Positions 9,153-18,886 of a DNA stretch of 64,000 bases are shown one piece after another. The first letter of the stretch is position 1. Every line of letters starts with the position of its first letter. The DNA comes from a virus. Lineage: Duplodnaviria; Caudoviricetes. The notes beneath the pieces are model-generated. The model made no database searches. It was given only the letters and a program-made list of their open reading frames with translations, and had not been told where the DNA came from. The translations under genes were made by a program, and so were the position numbers. The stretch is taken from positions 21,607 through 85,606 of IMG/VR virus record IMGVR_UViG_3300025735_000003; one strand, written 5' to 3'.

Positions 9153-9382
9153 TGGAATACATGGAAAGCATGATGCAGAATCAACTGGAAGCTTCGCTTG
9201 CTTTTGAGAAGCAATGTGAGGATATTATTTTTAAGCTGGACGAGATTGCACGAAATGCCTGTCGTTATGAATACGGACTTCCTACACACGATTGTCCTGA
9301 ATTTCAGTTGATGAAGTATGCGATTCGGGATATTCTTTATGGTAGTCCTGTTGAAGCTAACGGGTTTAGTTTGGAAGATTGA
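9152..9382 (+). CDS. hypothetical phage protein
   Basis: Coupled start/stop. Confidence 0.6.
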   Translation: MEYMESMMQNQLEASLAFEKQCEDIIFKLDEIARNACRYEYGLPTHDCPEFQLMKYAIRDILYGSPVEANGFSLED

Positions 9383-9492
9383 TTAATATTCTTTGCAGGG
9401 TGTTGGAGGGGAGAAGAGCGTGAGTACGCGAAACAAGTTCGCTGTCATTCAGTCGCCATTGGGCTTTAAAGGCAATTAGCTAGGAGAGAATT

Positions 9493-11139
9493 TTGAGTTA
9501 TTTTAAAAAGCTAAAGGAGCGAGAAGTGGAAATTTTTAATAAAGAAACAATTGAAGATGTTAAGCAATATGCGTCTGTTGATGCACCGGAACGTGGAGTA
9601 CGTAAAGCTACTCTTGAGCGTTTTGGTGTTAAAGTTGCTGTGTCTGAGAAAGATGGGAAAACACCAGAGGCTTTCTATTTCCCTTCTTACAATCAGAAGG
9701 GAAAGGTTGTTGGTTACACAAAACAGGATGTGACTAAAGGGAAAGATGAGAAAGGTCACTGGTCTGCTGTCGGCAGTGTTTCAATTGGCAATAAGTTGTT
9801 CGGCCAAGAAGTTGCTGAAAATATTAATCGGAAACGTACTAATCTTATCTGCTCGGAAGGCCAATGGGACACACTGAGTATTTACCAAGCTTTGTGTGAC
9901 AATGTAAAGGGCACTAAGTATGAAGGTATTGAACCACTTGTTGTAAGTATCCCTTTGGGTACAGCTAATGCTGTTGAAGCTTTGCTACACAACGAAGAGT
10001 ACATTAAGAGCCACGATAGCCTGACTATTTTCTTTGATGATGATTACTGCACACCAGCAGAGACAAAGAAAGGAATTATGAAAGGCCACGAAGCCCGTGA
10101 AGCTGTTGCGAATGCTTTTGTAGGTTCTGGTTTGTCTTTGATGACAGTAGTTCCAGCAGACGGGCTGAAAGATGCTAGTGATTATCTACAAGCTGGTCGT
10201 ACTGAAGAATTGGCGAAACTTGTTCAATTCGGTAAGCGCGCTTATTCAGCAGAAAAGATTGTTAAAGCTTGTGATATCAGTCTTGAAGAGCTGCTTGAGC
10301 CGCGTCCAGAGGGTGTGTATGTAAACAGCTTTCCTAAACTGATGGACAAATTACACGGCTTCCGTATGCGTGAATTGGTGTTGCTAACAAGTCCTAGCGG
10401 TGTTGGTAAATCGACAGTGACTTCTATTTTCGCTAGTTCTTTTATGGAGTCTGGTGAAAAACTCGGGATGATCTATCTTGAAGAAACCAACAAAGAAACA
10501 ATGCAACGATTGATTGCTTCTAAACTTAAAGTTAGTTATTTGAAGTTCAAAGATAAACCACTTGAATGTGCAACACTGGAACAAATTACGGCAGCACGTA
10601 ATGAAATTGTAGATAATGATCTTCTTGTTATGTTGGGACACTTCGGTAGCTTGCCAGTAAGTGAGCTGATGAACAAAGTTAAACATATGCATTTGGTTGA
10701 AGGGTGTAAGTACATTCTTATTGACCACTTGAGTATGGTAGTTAGTGGCAGTCATGTTACAGACGAACGAAAGGAGCTTGATATTGTAATGACAGAGTTG
10801 GCAGCCTTTTGTGCAGCTAACGATGTTTGTGTTATTGCGGTCAGTCACATTAACCGAAGTGCAGCGGAACAATTCAAACCACCGAAAGGTAATGAAGACA
10901 AGCCGTTTTGGGTAAAAGTTACGAAGGAGATGATGCGAGGGAGTAGTGCTCTGGAGCAATTGAGTTTCGTTATCATTGGCTTGGAGCCACAGATTATGCC
11001 AGACCGCTCACGCGGTAATGTACGACTGACTGTTCTGAAGAACAGGCCTTGGAGCTATCTTGGCGTCGCTGACGAATTTAGTATTGATGAAAACACTTGG
11101 GAGGTATTGCTTGCGCAAGAAGTCCCGGAAGATTTTTAA
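9493..11139 (+). CDS. T7 gp4-like DNA primase/helicase (TOPRIM + SF4 helicase), no N-terminal Zn-binding domain
   Basis: SEGQWD and FFDDD/DASDYL TOPRIM acids; Walker A SPSGVGKS; ILIDHL; VSHINR; GSSALEQ; LKNR. Confidence 0.93.
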   Translation: MSYFKKLKEREVEIFNKETIEDVKQYASVDAPERGVRKATLERFGVKVAVSEKDGKTPEAFYFPSYNQKGKVVGYTKQDVTKGKDEKGHWSAVGSVSIGNKLFGQEVAENINRKRTNLICSEGQWDTLSIYQALCDNVKGTKYEGIEPLVVSIPLGTANAVEALLHNEEYIKSHDSLTIFFDDDYCTPAETKKGIMKGHEAREAVANAFVGSGLSLMTVVPADGLKDASDYLQAGRTEELAKLVQFGKRAYSAEKIVKACDISLEELLEPRPEGVYVNSFPKLMDKLHGFRMRELVLLTSPSGVGKSTVTSIFASSFMESGEKLGMIYLEETNKETMQRLIASKLKVSYLKFKDKPLECATLEQITAARNEIVDNDLLVMLGHFGSLPVSELMNKVKHMHLVEGCKYILIDHLSMVVSGSHVTDERKELDIVMTELAAFCAANDVCVIAVSHINRSAAEQFKPPKGNEDKPFWVKVTKEMMRGSSALEQLSFVIIGLEPQIMPDRSRGNVRLTVLKNRPWSYLGVADEFSIDENTWEVLLAQEVPEDF

Positions 11140-11161
11140 ATGAAACGATAAGAGGTAATGC

Positions 11162-12076
11162 TTGAATATAATTTACTTACTAACAAACTTAGACAGAACT
11201 GAAGGCCGGAGGTTTTATGTAGGATCAAAAGCTGAATGTTTTATTGAAAATATAAACGGTATCGATAGGATTGTATCAGCAAAGACTGGACTTCCTTACT
11301 ATGGGAGTAGCTCTTGCCCTTTAATGAAAGATGATATGGCAAAAGGAGCGAGACTTTCAGCAACTATCTTAGAAGAAGTTCCTAACAAGAAACTCTTACT
11401 CGAAACAGAGGATAAGTGGATTGTTGAGCTAGATGCTGTAGAATCTCCTGAATACTATAATATTTCCTACGCTAGAATTGGTGGACACACAATCGACCAA
11501 ACCGCAATGTACAATATGTACGGAGAAACTATTGTGGGGTACGGTAAAGCAGTGTCTTCTTTGAATAAGAGACATAATACAGCCAAACGATTTGGACATA
11601 AAAACCTAGGAGAATTTTGTGTATGGATTTATAGTGAAATACTTTCAGGTAAGACGAGCGCTCAAATTGCCAGAGAGATTGGTTGGAACCGTTGGGAGCC
11701 TTACCGGTACATGAAAGACTATGATATGACTAAATGTTTGAATGAATATTGGGAAGAAGATCATGAGTTAGAAAGAGAAATTCGTCTGTTAATTGCCGAA
11801 GGTGTTTCTGCCCGAAGAATTGCAGAGCTGAAAGGGCTTGAATTACCCACCGTATGTCTGTATATTGGAGATTATGACCAAGTGCACACGAAAGCATTCT
11901 TAGTAGCTCAAAGACGTGGACAAACAAAAGAAGAACTCGAAATTCAGGTTACTAAGCGAATTCTGCAAGGTGCAGGCTTTACAGAAGTTTCCCGTGAGCT
12001 TAGTATCAATGAAACAAGTGTGAAACGATATTTCTTACGTTATGTTCGTGCAAATTTGGATCACAACAATCTTTAG
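11162..12076 (+). CDS. GIY-YIG (Seg-like) free-standing homing endonuclease with C-terminal HTH repeats
   Basis: IIYLLTN..FYVGSK; YYGSS; EDKWIVELDAVESPEYYN. Confidence 0.75.
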   Translation: MNIIYLLTNLDRTEGRRFYVGSKAECFIENINGIDRIVSAKTGLPYYGSSSCPLMKDDMAKGARLSATILEEVPNKKLLLETEDKWIVELDAVESPEYYNISYARIGGHTIDQTAMYNMYGETIVGYGKAVSSLNKRHNTAKRFGHKNLGEFCVWIYSEILSGKTSAQIAREIGWNRWEPYRYMKDYDMTKCLNEYWEEDHELEREIRLLIAEGVSARRIAELKGLELPTVCLYIGDYDQVHTKAFLVAQRRGQTKEELEIQVTKRILQGAGFTEVSRELSINETSVKRYFLRYVRANLDHNNL

Positions 12077-12085
12077 GAGAAATAA

Positions 12086-14383
12086 ATGAAACGGGTTGTA
12101 TTAGACATTGAAGCTTCAAACCTTATTCAAAACGCTTTGGATTATACGAAACTGCCATACCGATTGAGAGGTGACTTCAATGTCTGGTGCGTCGTTTGCA
12201 ATGACGTTGACACCAAAGAAGTTACTACATTTGTAGGTGAAGAGCAGATTAAAAAGGATCTGCCTAAATATCTTGAGAACGTTACAGAGATTATTGGTCA
12301 CAATTTAATCTCATATGATCTTGTAGTCCTTAAGTTGTGGGCAGATATTGATTTTACTGTAGGGTATTTGGGTGAGTCTGATTCTATTAATGGAAATTCT
12401 GTAAAGATTTGGGATACGCTTGTACTTTCTAAACTCCTTTACAGTGCAACTATTATGGAACACTCTCTAGGAGCTTGGGGTAAGAAGTTTGGTAATGAGA
12501 AGATCGATTTCCATGATTTCTCTAGATACTCAGAAGATATGCTCACATACTGCGTACAGGATACGGCAGTCAACGCACAACTGTTCTTCAAACTGATGGA
12601 AGAATATAATAGTTATACTTGGCAACAAGCTTATGAGATTGAAAAGAAACTGATGGAGATTACTTTCCGCCAGAGTGAGTATGGCTTTAAATTCAACAAA
12701 GAGTTAGCTGAAGAATGTGTTGTTGAGTTGACTCAATTGATGAAGGATATTGCAGTGCAGGTTGATCCACTCTTGCCACCAAAGAAACTGAATAAAGGTG
12801 ATGTGAAACAATATATCCCACCAAAAATTCAATTTAAAAAATGTGGTAATGTTTCTGCTGTGATGGAAAAATGGGTTGAGAAGCATGGAGGTAAGATTGA
12901 AGATCGGAAAGTTGAACTGTATGGTAAAGTATATGAACTGCCGCTTGAGCAAGAACCGATAATCACAGAAGGTGTAGCCTCCATTGATGATATGGAGCAT
13001 ATTAAATGGCACCTTATGGAGTTGGGTTGGGTTCCGATGCAACACAAAGAGCGAGATTTGACAGTTGACGCTAAAAAACGGAAACGTACCGCTCAAGAGT
13101 ATCAAGACACTGTTGAACGTTATGTAAAACAATGTGAGGAAGGTTTGTTTGGACCATTCCGTTATGATGTTCTTGAAACAACACCAACTAAAATTAAAGC
13201 TATGCTTCTTGCAAAAGACACAAAGAAACCTGTACGAGTTCCAACAAGCCCTAGTTTGACAGTTGGGGTAGAAAAGGAGATTTGCCCTAACCTTATTGCA
13301 ATGGCTGATAAATTTCCATTTGCAAAACAGGTAGTAAACTACTATACTTATAAACATCGTAAAAATTCTATTGCTGGCGGTGTAGATGAAGATGGAGAAC
13401 CAACAACCGGTTTCTTGAGTCAACCTAGGATTAACACTGATGGGCGTATTCAAACGCCATGTGACACCAACGGGGCCGCCACGAGCCGCTATTTACACAA
13501 AATCGTGTGCAACATTCCTCGTGTTACATCACTTTATGGTGATAAGATGCGAGCACTTTTTGGAGTAAATCGTGAAGCAAAACAAGTACAATTGGGATTC
13601 GACTTCTCAAGCCTTGAAGCCTTGTGCCAAGCGTCGTTTTGTTTGCCTTACACTAAAGGTCAAGAGCTTGCAGAATCATTGCTTGCAGAAAAACCGAATG
13701 ATGTTCACAGTGTGACTGGTCGTAAGATGGGTGTAGACCGTAACACAGCTAAAAGTTTGAACTACATGTCGATGTATGGGGCACAACCTCCTAAGATTGC
13801 CAAGGCACTGGGGTTGACGCTGCCACAAGCACAGAAGTTGTTTAATGACTATTGGGAAGCTGTACCTGCACTTGGTGAACTCAAGAAACGAATTGAAGCT
13901 CACTGGGAAAGTAATGGGCAGAAGTATATTCGAGGCATGGACGGACGTAAACTTTATAGCCGCTCTCGGCATAGTTTAGTCAATCTGGCCTTTCAAAATG
14001 CTGGAGCACTTGCTTCAAAGTACACTGTGGTATTTATTGACAAGATTCTGAAAGAACGTGGTATCCTAGGTAATCCTTTTGAATTTGATTGCCATGCGAT
14101 TCCATCGGTAATGCAAATGATCGTAAACCACGACGAAGGACAATACAGTGTCCATCAGAAATTGGTAACGTTTAAAATCTTTGAAACTGAAGAAGAAGCA
14201 AAGAAAGCACAGACACCAGACTCTAGCGCTGTTTGTCATGTAAAAGATAAATATTTCCTTGCATATTCTCCAGTAGCTGTTATTATACGTGAAGCAATTG
14301 ATGAAGGGACTAAGGTATTGAATTTCCGGGTGCCGTTGGGTTTTGAGTGGCAGGTTGGGGATAATTGGGCTTCCTGTCACTGA
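12086..14383 (+). CDS. family A DNA polymerase with 3'-5' exonuclease
   Basis: Exo LDIE, GHNLISYD, YCVQD; motif A DFSSLE; motif B RNTAKSLNYMSMYG (Tyr at the 762-equivalent position); motif C NHDE. Confidence 0.95.
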   Translation: MKRVVLDIEASNLIQNALDYTKLPYRLRGDFNVWCVVCNDVDTKEVTTFVGEEQIKKDLPKYLENVTEIIGHNLISYDLVVLKLWADIDFTVGYLGESDSINGNSVKIWDTLVLSKLLYSATIMEHSLGAWGKKFGNEKIDFHDFSRYSEDMLTYCVQDTAVNAQLFFKLMEEYNSYTWQQAYEIEKKLMEITFRQSEYGFKFNKELAEECVVELTQLMKDIAVQVDPLLPPKKLNKGDVKQYIPPKIQFKKCGNVSAVMEKWVEKHGGKIEDRKVELYGKVYELPLEQEPIITEGVASIDDMEHIKWHLMELGWVPMQHKERDLTVDAKKRKRTAQEYQDTVERYVKQCEEGLFGPFRYDVLETTPTKIKAMLLAKDTKKPVRVPTSPSLTVGVEKEICPNLIAMADKFPFAKQVVNYYTYKHRKNSIAGGVDEDGEPTTGFLSQPRINTDGRIQTPCDTNGAATSRYLHKIVCNIPRVTSLYGDKMRALFGVNREAKQVQLGFDFSSLEALCQASFCLPYTKGQELAESLLAEKPNDVHSVTGRKMGVDRNTAKSLNYMSMYGAQPPKIAKALGLTLPQAQKLFNDYWEAVPALGELKKRIEAHWESNGQKYIRGMDGRKLYSRSRHSLVNLAFQNAGALASKYTVVFIDKILKERGILGNPFEFDCHAIPSVMQMIVNHDEGQYSVHQKLVTFKIFETEEEAKKAQTPDSSAVCHVKDKYFLAYSPVAVIIREAIDEGTKVLNFRVPLGFEWQVGDNWASCH

Positions 14384-14479
14384 TAAAACAAATCCAAAAT
14401 ACCTGAAAATACCGCTGTACAAACCCAATAAATCATGCGAGAATAGATAGTACAAATTAAATTGTAAAGGAGAGAAGAG

Positions 14480-14887
14480 ATGGGATGCTTTAGTTTTCTA
14501 TGTAAGAAAAGTGGTAAAGCTGCATTAAGCACTAGTTTTGATGGAAGCCCTTGCTACCTTTTCTTGCTGAAAGATGGTAAGGTCATTGAAGAGATGTACG
14601 GTAACTATGACAGTTACGGTTGTGTGTTTGACGAGAATGGAGAATCATTTGAGTGGAGTATTCCTTGGCATTCAGTCTGTGATTTGATGTTTGATGAACG
14701 GAATCTTGGTAATGGTATTGCAGTTATTCTGGATCATTACTATGATGGCGTCCTCCCTACAACACGAAGTGAGGGTGATCCAAACCAAGGATGGGGCAGC
14801 TATGAAGAAGACGGGGAAGACCTGATGGGAAATTGTTCACCCAACAAATTTCCCAAAGTTGAAAACCCATACCATAAAGTTTACTGA
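14480..14887 (+). CDS. conserved hypothetical phage protein
   Basis: AGGAG RBS; MGCFSF..YGNYDSYG. Confidence 0.75.
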   Translation: MGCFSFLCKKSGKAALSTSFDGSPCYLFLLKDGKVIEEMYGNYDSYGCVFDENGESFEWSIPWHSVCDLMFDERNLGNGIAVILDHYYDGVLPTTRSEGDPNQGWGSYEEDGEDLMGNCSPNKFPKVENPYHKVY

Positions 14888-15073
14888 GGAGAAATAACAT
14901 GCAAATTAAATTCAACTACACAGTACAAGATTCCAACAACCTGTTCGCAGATGATATTCCAAGCCGCTCTATTGCTCGTGAGGAGCTTCGCGAGATTAAA
15001 GCATTGGGTTACAAAGATGCTAAGATTGTTCGCGAAGAGTTTGTAAAGATTTCTGAGAAGGTAGTGCGCTAAT

Positions 15074-15331
15074 ATGGGTACAGTAACCCTTCGCGATTCT
15101 GTAGAAAAAGTTGGTGATGCATCAATTTCCACTGTAGAATATACCTTCTCAGATATTCAGGACTTTCTACTTTGGGAGTCCAGTAAAAGAGACGCTATGA
15201 ATCAAGCTGTAAAGAGCTTTGTTGATAGTCAATTGTTTGGTGGGTTTGAAGAGCCTGTTGAGGAGGTAGATTCTGCCGCATCTGCTGTAGTGGATATTAA
15301 TGTGAAACCTAAAAAGGAGAAGCTACATTGA
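15074..15331 (+). CDS. hypothetical phage protein
   Basis: Operon packing. Confidence 0.6.
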   Translation: MGTVTLRDSVEKVGDASISTVEYTFSDIQDFLLWESSKRDAMNQAVKSFVDSQLFGGFEEPVEEVDSAASAVVDINVKPKKEKLH

Positions 15332-15628
15332 AAGCACTGTCTGTATTTGGCATCATCATTGCTGCAATTGTAGGGCTGTTTCTGTTTGCAATCTACAATG
15401 CTTGGGTATTGACAATCTTGTGGGGGTTGGTTCATTGTCCCACTTGGTGTTAAAGCTCTTAGTATTGCTCATGCATATGGCTTTACACTTGTAACTGGTT
15501 TGATCCTTAGTACTCGTGGTATTAAAGAGAACAAAGGAAAAGATGATTGGGTGAGCAGTATTGTCACTTGGCTGTTGCTGCCACTTGTAGCCCTGTTCTT
15601 TGGCTGGATTGCTGTAGGCTTTATGTAA
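15328..15628 (+). pseudogene. small multi-TM membrane protein gene with a +1 frameshift in the G5 run at 15422-15426
   Basis: AGGAG RBS then TTG: MKALSVFGIIIAAIVGLFLFAIYNAWVLTILW; removing one G continues GWFIVPLGVKALSIAHAYGFTLVTGLILS...WIAVGFM*. Confidence 0.7.
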
Positions 15629-15706
15629 AGAATTTAGCGAAAGCTAAATATACCCTCACAATAATGTGAACAAAACTTATACACAACTTAATAGAGAAAA
15701 TTAAAT

Positions 15707-16426
15707 ATGACTACTTCTGTAATTGTAAAGCAACTTCCTAAAAGCGGTACTTTGGAAACTTTTAACGTGTACATCTTGAACACGCCTGTGTTCTATGCAT
15801 CGGTACATGATGTCCGCACCAAATATCAATCGACAGACAAGGAGTTCAGCCTTCAATCCTTTGTAAGTGAAGAAACTAAGGACAAATTGATTGATGAAGT
15901 GATGTTGAACAAGAGTTTTGCTGAAGTTGGTGTGACAAAGACCAGTAAAGCGCCCCGGCGCATCAAGTTCCCCCTGTCTTCTCAAGTTGAGGAAGGGAAA
16001 GTAAACTACGATGTTGTCAAAGGTATGCATGGTTTCACTGTTGCCAAACCTGAGTTTTCAAAGAAAGGCAATAAAATGACCGTCAATGTCATTGATAAAG
16101 ACGGTAATGCCTTCACTGATAACATCGGTAACGGGAGCATCTGTACGCTCAAGCTGTTTGGTTATAAAAACGTAGAAGGTCAACTGACTGTTACAATTGA
16201 TACAGTCCAAGTGATTGAGCACGTAGCTTATGAAGGTAAAGGTTCGTCTGACTCTGTTGATGATGATGTCTTGGGTGTTAGTTACAAGGTTAAGAAGACT
16301 GAGGCTAAGCCTGCTGAAAAAGAAGAGGAACAAGAACTTCCAACTCCAGCGGCTAAACCAAAAGCCAAGGCTGCTCCACAGCCAGCACAAGACTTTGACA
16401 GCTTCGATGATGATATTCCCTTCTAA
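15707..16426 (+). CDS. single-stranded DNA-binding protein (T7 gp2.5-like)
   Basis: IGNGS motif, acidic flexible tail ending DDDIPF, position after the polymerase. Confidence 0.75.
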   Translation: MTTSVIVKQLPKSGTLETFNVYILNTPVFYASVHDVRTKYQSTDKEFSLQSFVSEETKDKLIDEVMLNKSFAEVGVTKTSKAPRRIKFPLSSQVEEGKVNYDVVKGMHGFTVAKPEFSKKGNKMTVNVIDKDGNAFTDNIGNGSICTLKLFGYKNVEGQLTVTIDTVQVIEHVAYEGKGSSDSVDDDVLGVSYKVKKTEAKPAEKEEEQELPTPAAKPKAKAAPQPAQDFDSFDDDIPF

Positions 16427-16482
16427 ATCAAGCACTTAGGAACTTTAGGACAGGGATTGTCCACTTATTTAAGGAGAGATTT

Positions 16483-16734
16483 ATGACAACAGATATTCAA
16501 TCCATACTGAACTGTCCACTAGAAGAAAATGATTCTGGGGCAGATACGGTAAAAGGGTATCTTAAAGCACTTCTGTCTACATTATGGGACGAAGGTGAAG
16601 GTTTTAGTGGTAAACGCCCATTTGGTAATTCGGGCTGGGAGTACGACCTTACGGATGCATTGATTGACAACAAACTTGCACAAACCCGAAGTGAAGCTAA
16701 GAAACTGATTTTCAAAGCTATCCAAGCAATTTAA
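16483..16734 (+). CDS. conserved hypothetical phage protein
   Basis: AAGGAG RBS; EGEGFSGKRPFGNSGWEYDL motif. Confidence 0.75.
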   Translation: MTTDIQSILNCPLEENDSGADTVKGYLKALLSTLWDEGEGFSGKRPFGNSGWEYDLTDALIDNKLAQTRSEAKKLIFKAIQAI

Positions 16735-16751
16735 ATTATTAGGAGAAATAT

Positions 16752-17003
16752 ATGAAAGAGAAACAAGCACTGTTTGATCGTACTTACCAGCTGGAACAAG
16801 AAATCCTCACTCTGCAAGAGGATCTGAAAGAGTTGAAATCAGAATTCACTTACGAGAAAGAATACAACACTGATGGTTTCCCTAAAGCCGATGTTGCAGA
16901 TATTATGAAAGCAGCTAAGGCTAAAGTGAAACAGGATGACTTGAAAGCTAAAGCAGAAGAATTTAGTAAGCTGCAAGAGATTCAGGATTTGTATTCGAAG
17001 TAA
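16752..17003 (+). CDS. helical protein, possibly DsbA/GapR-like dsDNA-binding
   Basis: AGGAG RBS; coiled-coil pattern; function is weak inference. Confidence 0.45.
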   Translation: MKEKQALFDRTYQLEQEILTLQEDLKELKSEFTYEKEYNTDGFPKADVADIMKAAKAKVKQDDLKAKAEEFSKLQEIQDLYSK

Positions 17004-17009
17004 AACTGA

Positions 17010-17231
17010 TTGCCCCGAAAGGGGCTTTCTTATAAGGAGAAAGTTATGGGGTATGAAAAGACACACGACGGTGTAATGAACAACATTGAAAGTCTAACAG
17101 AAAGCCTTTACGGCCTAGACTTCCCTGATTATGTAGACACTAAAGAATACCAAGACATGGCACACTCTATCTTCATGTTCCTGAAAGCGGCTGAAGAAAA
17201 AGACTTTATTTCGGTGCGTGATGATGAGTAA
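17010..17231 (+). CDS. hypothetical protein (likely start at MGYEK)
   Basis: AAGGAG RBS before the internal Met. Confidence 0.55.
   Translation: MPRKGLSYKEKVMGYEKTHDGVMNNIESLTESLYGLDFPDYVDTKEYQDMAHSIFMFLKAAEEKDFISVRDDE
17012..17030 (+). terminator. intrinsic terminator
   Basis: GCCCC-GAAA-GGGGC-TTTCTT. Confidence 0.75.
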
Positions 17232-18228
17232 ACTAACATCTATTATAGACCTAGATTACGTAAAGTATGCCTCTGCATCAGTTGGTGAGAAACGTTCTAT
17301 CATCGTCACGCACAAATCATCTGGACGCGAAAAGGAGTTCAACACACGAACAGAATTCTACGGACGAGATAAAGCAAAGTCTGGCGGCTGGCTTGGCGAA
17401 CTAAATGCAAAACGTGACAGTCCATTTGCGGTAGACGAGTTTGATATTGTTGATCGTCAAGTTGCTGAACCAATTGATCATGTATTGCAGATTGCAAAGA
17501 CTCAAGTTGAAGGTGATCTAAAGAGGCTTGGTACAAACAAATACAAAGCGTTCTTGGGTAAAGGTGATAGCTTCCGAGTAGAACTGTCTACACTCAAGAA
17601 ATATAAAGATAACCGAAAGGATATGCTTCGCCCCTTGCATATGGATGCAGTTACAGAGTATCTTGAACGTAAGTTTAAAGCTGAGATTGTCACAGGTATT
17701 GAAGCTGATGATCGTTGTGTAATTGAGGCTTACAATAATCCTAATGCTGTAATTCAGGGTTTGGATAAAGACTACTATGGACAACCAGTAAAGTTCTTCA
17801 ACGTCAATCGACCAGAAGAGGGTATTCAAGACTGCAATCAGTTTGGTAGCTTGTGGCTCGATGATAAAGGAGACGTTCGTGGTATTGGACGTATGCACCT
17901 TTATTGGCAAGTAGCTTCAAATGATACATCAGATAACTATGCTGCAAACTGTTTCTCAGACATTAAGTGGGCAGGAAAATCAGCCTATAAAAGCTTAGTA
18001 GAAGCTAAGACTGACTCTGAGGCATGGAACAAGCTTAAAGAGGTTTTCCAGCACCTTTATCCCGAGAAAAGGACTGTTTTAGGCTGGAGAAATTATCCTA
18101 TTGAAATCAGTTGGGATTATGTTTTGAATGAGATGTTTATGATGGCTAGGATGTTGAAGGTTGAGGGTGAAAATATTAATGCTTATGATGTGATGGATAA
18201 ATTGGGAGTTAGTTATGGAGATTCCTAG
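17218..18228 (+). CDS. 5'-3' exonuclease (T7 gp6/T5 D15-like)
   Basis: IDLD, EADD, DKDY and DTSDNY acidic motifs. Confidence 0.85.
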   Translation: MMMSKLTSIIDLDYVKYASASVGEKRSIIVTHKSSGREKEFNTRTEFYGRDKAKSGGWLGELNAKRDSPFAVDEFDIVDRQVAEPIDHVLQIAKTQVEGDLKRLGTNKYKAFLGKGDSFRVELSTLKKYKDNRKDMLRPLHMDAVTEYLERKFKAEIVTGIEADDRCVIEAYNNPNAVIQGLDKDYYGQPVKFFNVNRPEEGIQDCNQFGSLWLDDKGDVRGIGRMHLYWQVASNDTSDNYAANCFSDIKWAGKSAYKSLVEAKTDSEAWNKLKEVFQHLYPEKRTVLGWRNYPIEISWDYVLNEMFMMARMLKVEGENINAYDVMDKLGVSYGDS

Positions 18229-18886
18229 TCAAATTAAGAACAGAATAGGAGATAAATCTGGAAGACTTACAGTAGTTGCCTTTGAGGGGTTCAGGGATTT
18301 TGCTAACACAAGTCGGCAAACTATGTGGAAGTGTCTTTGTGAATGTGGTACAGAAGTGGTTGTACAAGGAAGCGGTTTATATGGTAATAGTAAATCTTGT
18401 GGGTGCTGGAACCGAGAACGGGCAGCAGAGCATGGCAGGACAGTATTAAAAAAGGCAAATACAAAACATGGATTAAGTCAACATCCTCTATATGATGCAT
18501 GGGATGCAATGATGAATCGGTGCTTCAATCCCGAAGATAAGGATTGGGATAACTATGGAGGTAGGGGTATAGGTGTTTGTGAACGGTGGAAGACAATTAC
18601 AGGTTATGTAGAGGACTTGGTTGAAAGACCAGAAGGCTATACTCTGGATAGGATTGATGTAAACGCAGACTATAGTCCAGAAAATTGTAAGTGGTCATCA
18701 TTTAGAGAGCAAAATCTTAACACCCGATTTAATAGGGATTTCCCAAATGTTTATCCTGACGGTAATTCTTGGAAAGCTATTTTCCAATGGAAGGGTGAGA
18801 AATATTATGTAGGCATGTTCCCAACAGAAGAACTTGCTAATGATGCTTTACAGATCAAGTTAAAACAGGTGGGTTGGTATGACTGA
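18215..18886 (+). CDS. HNH homing endonuclease with N-terminal CxCxCG module and AP2-like C-terminus
   Basis: WKCLCECG..SCGC; YGGRGIGVCERW; TLDRIDVNADYSPENCKW. Confidence 0.8.
   Translation: MEIPSQIKNRIGDKSGRLTVVAFEGFRDFANTSRQTMWKCLCECGTEVVVQGSGLYGNSKSCGCWNRERAAEHGRTVLKKANTKHGLSQHPLYDAWDAMMNRCFNPEDKDWDNYGGRGIGVCERWKTITGYVEDLVERPEGYTLDRIDVNADYSPENCKWSSFREQNLNTRFNRDFPNVYPDGNSWKAIFQWKGEKYYVGMFPTEELANDALQIKLKQVGWYD

Noticed and set aside
12086-14383. Introns or inteins in the DNA polymerase, RNR or terminase
   Set aside because: ORFs are continuous, of expected length, and show no intein splice motifs.
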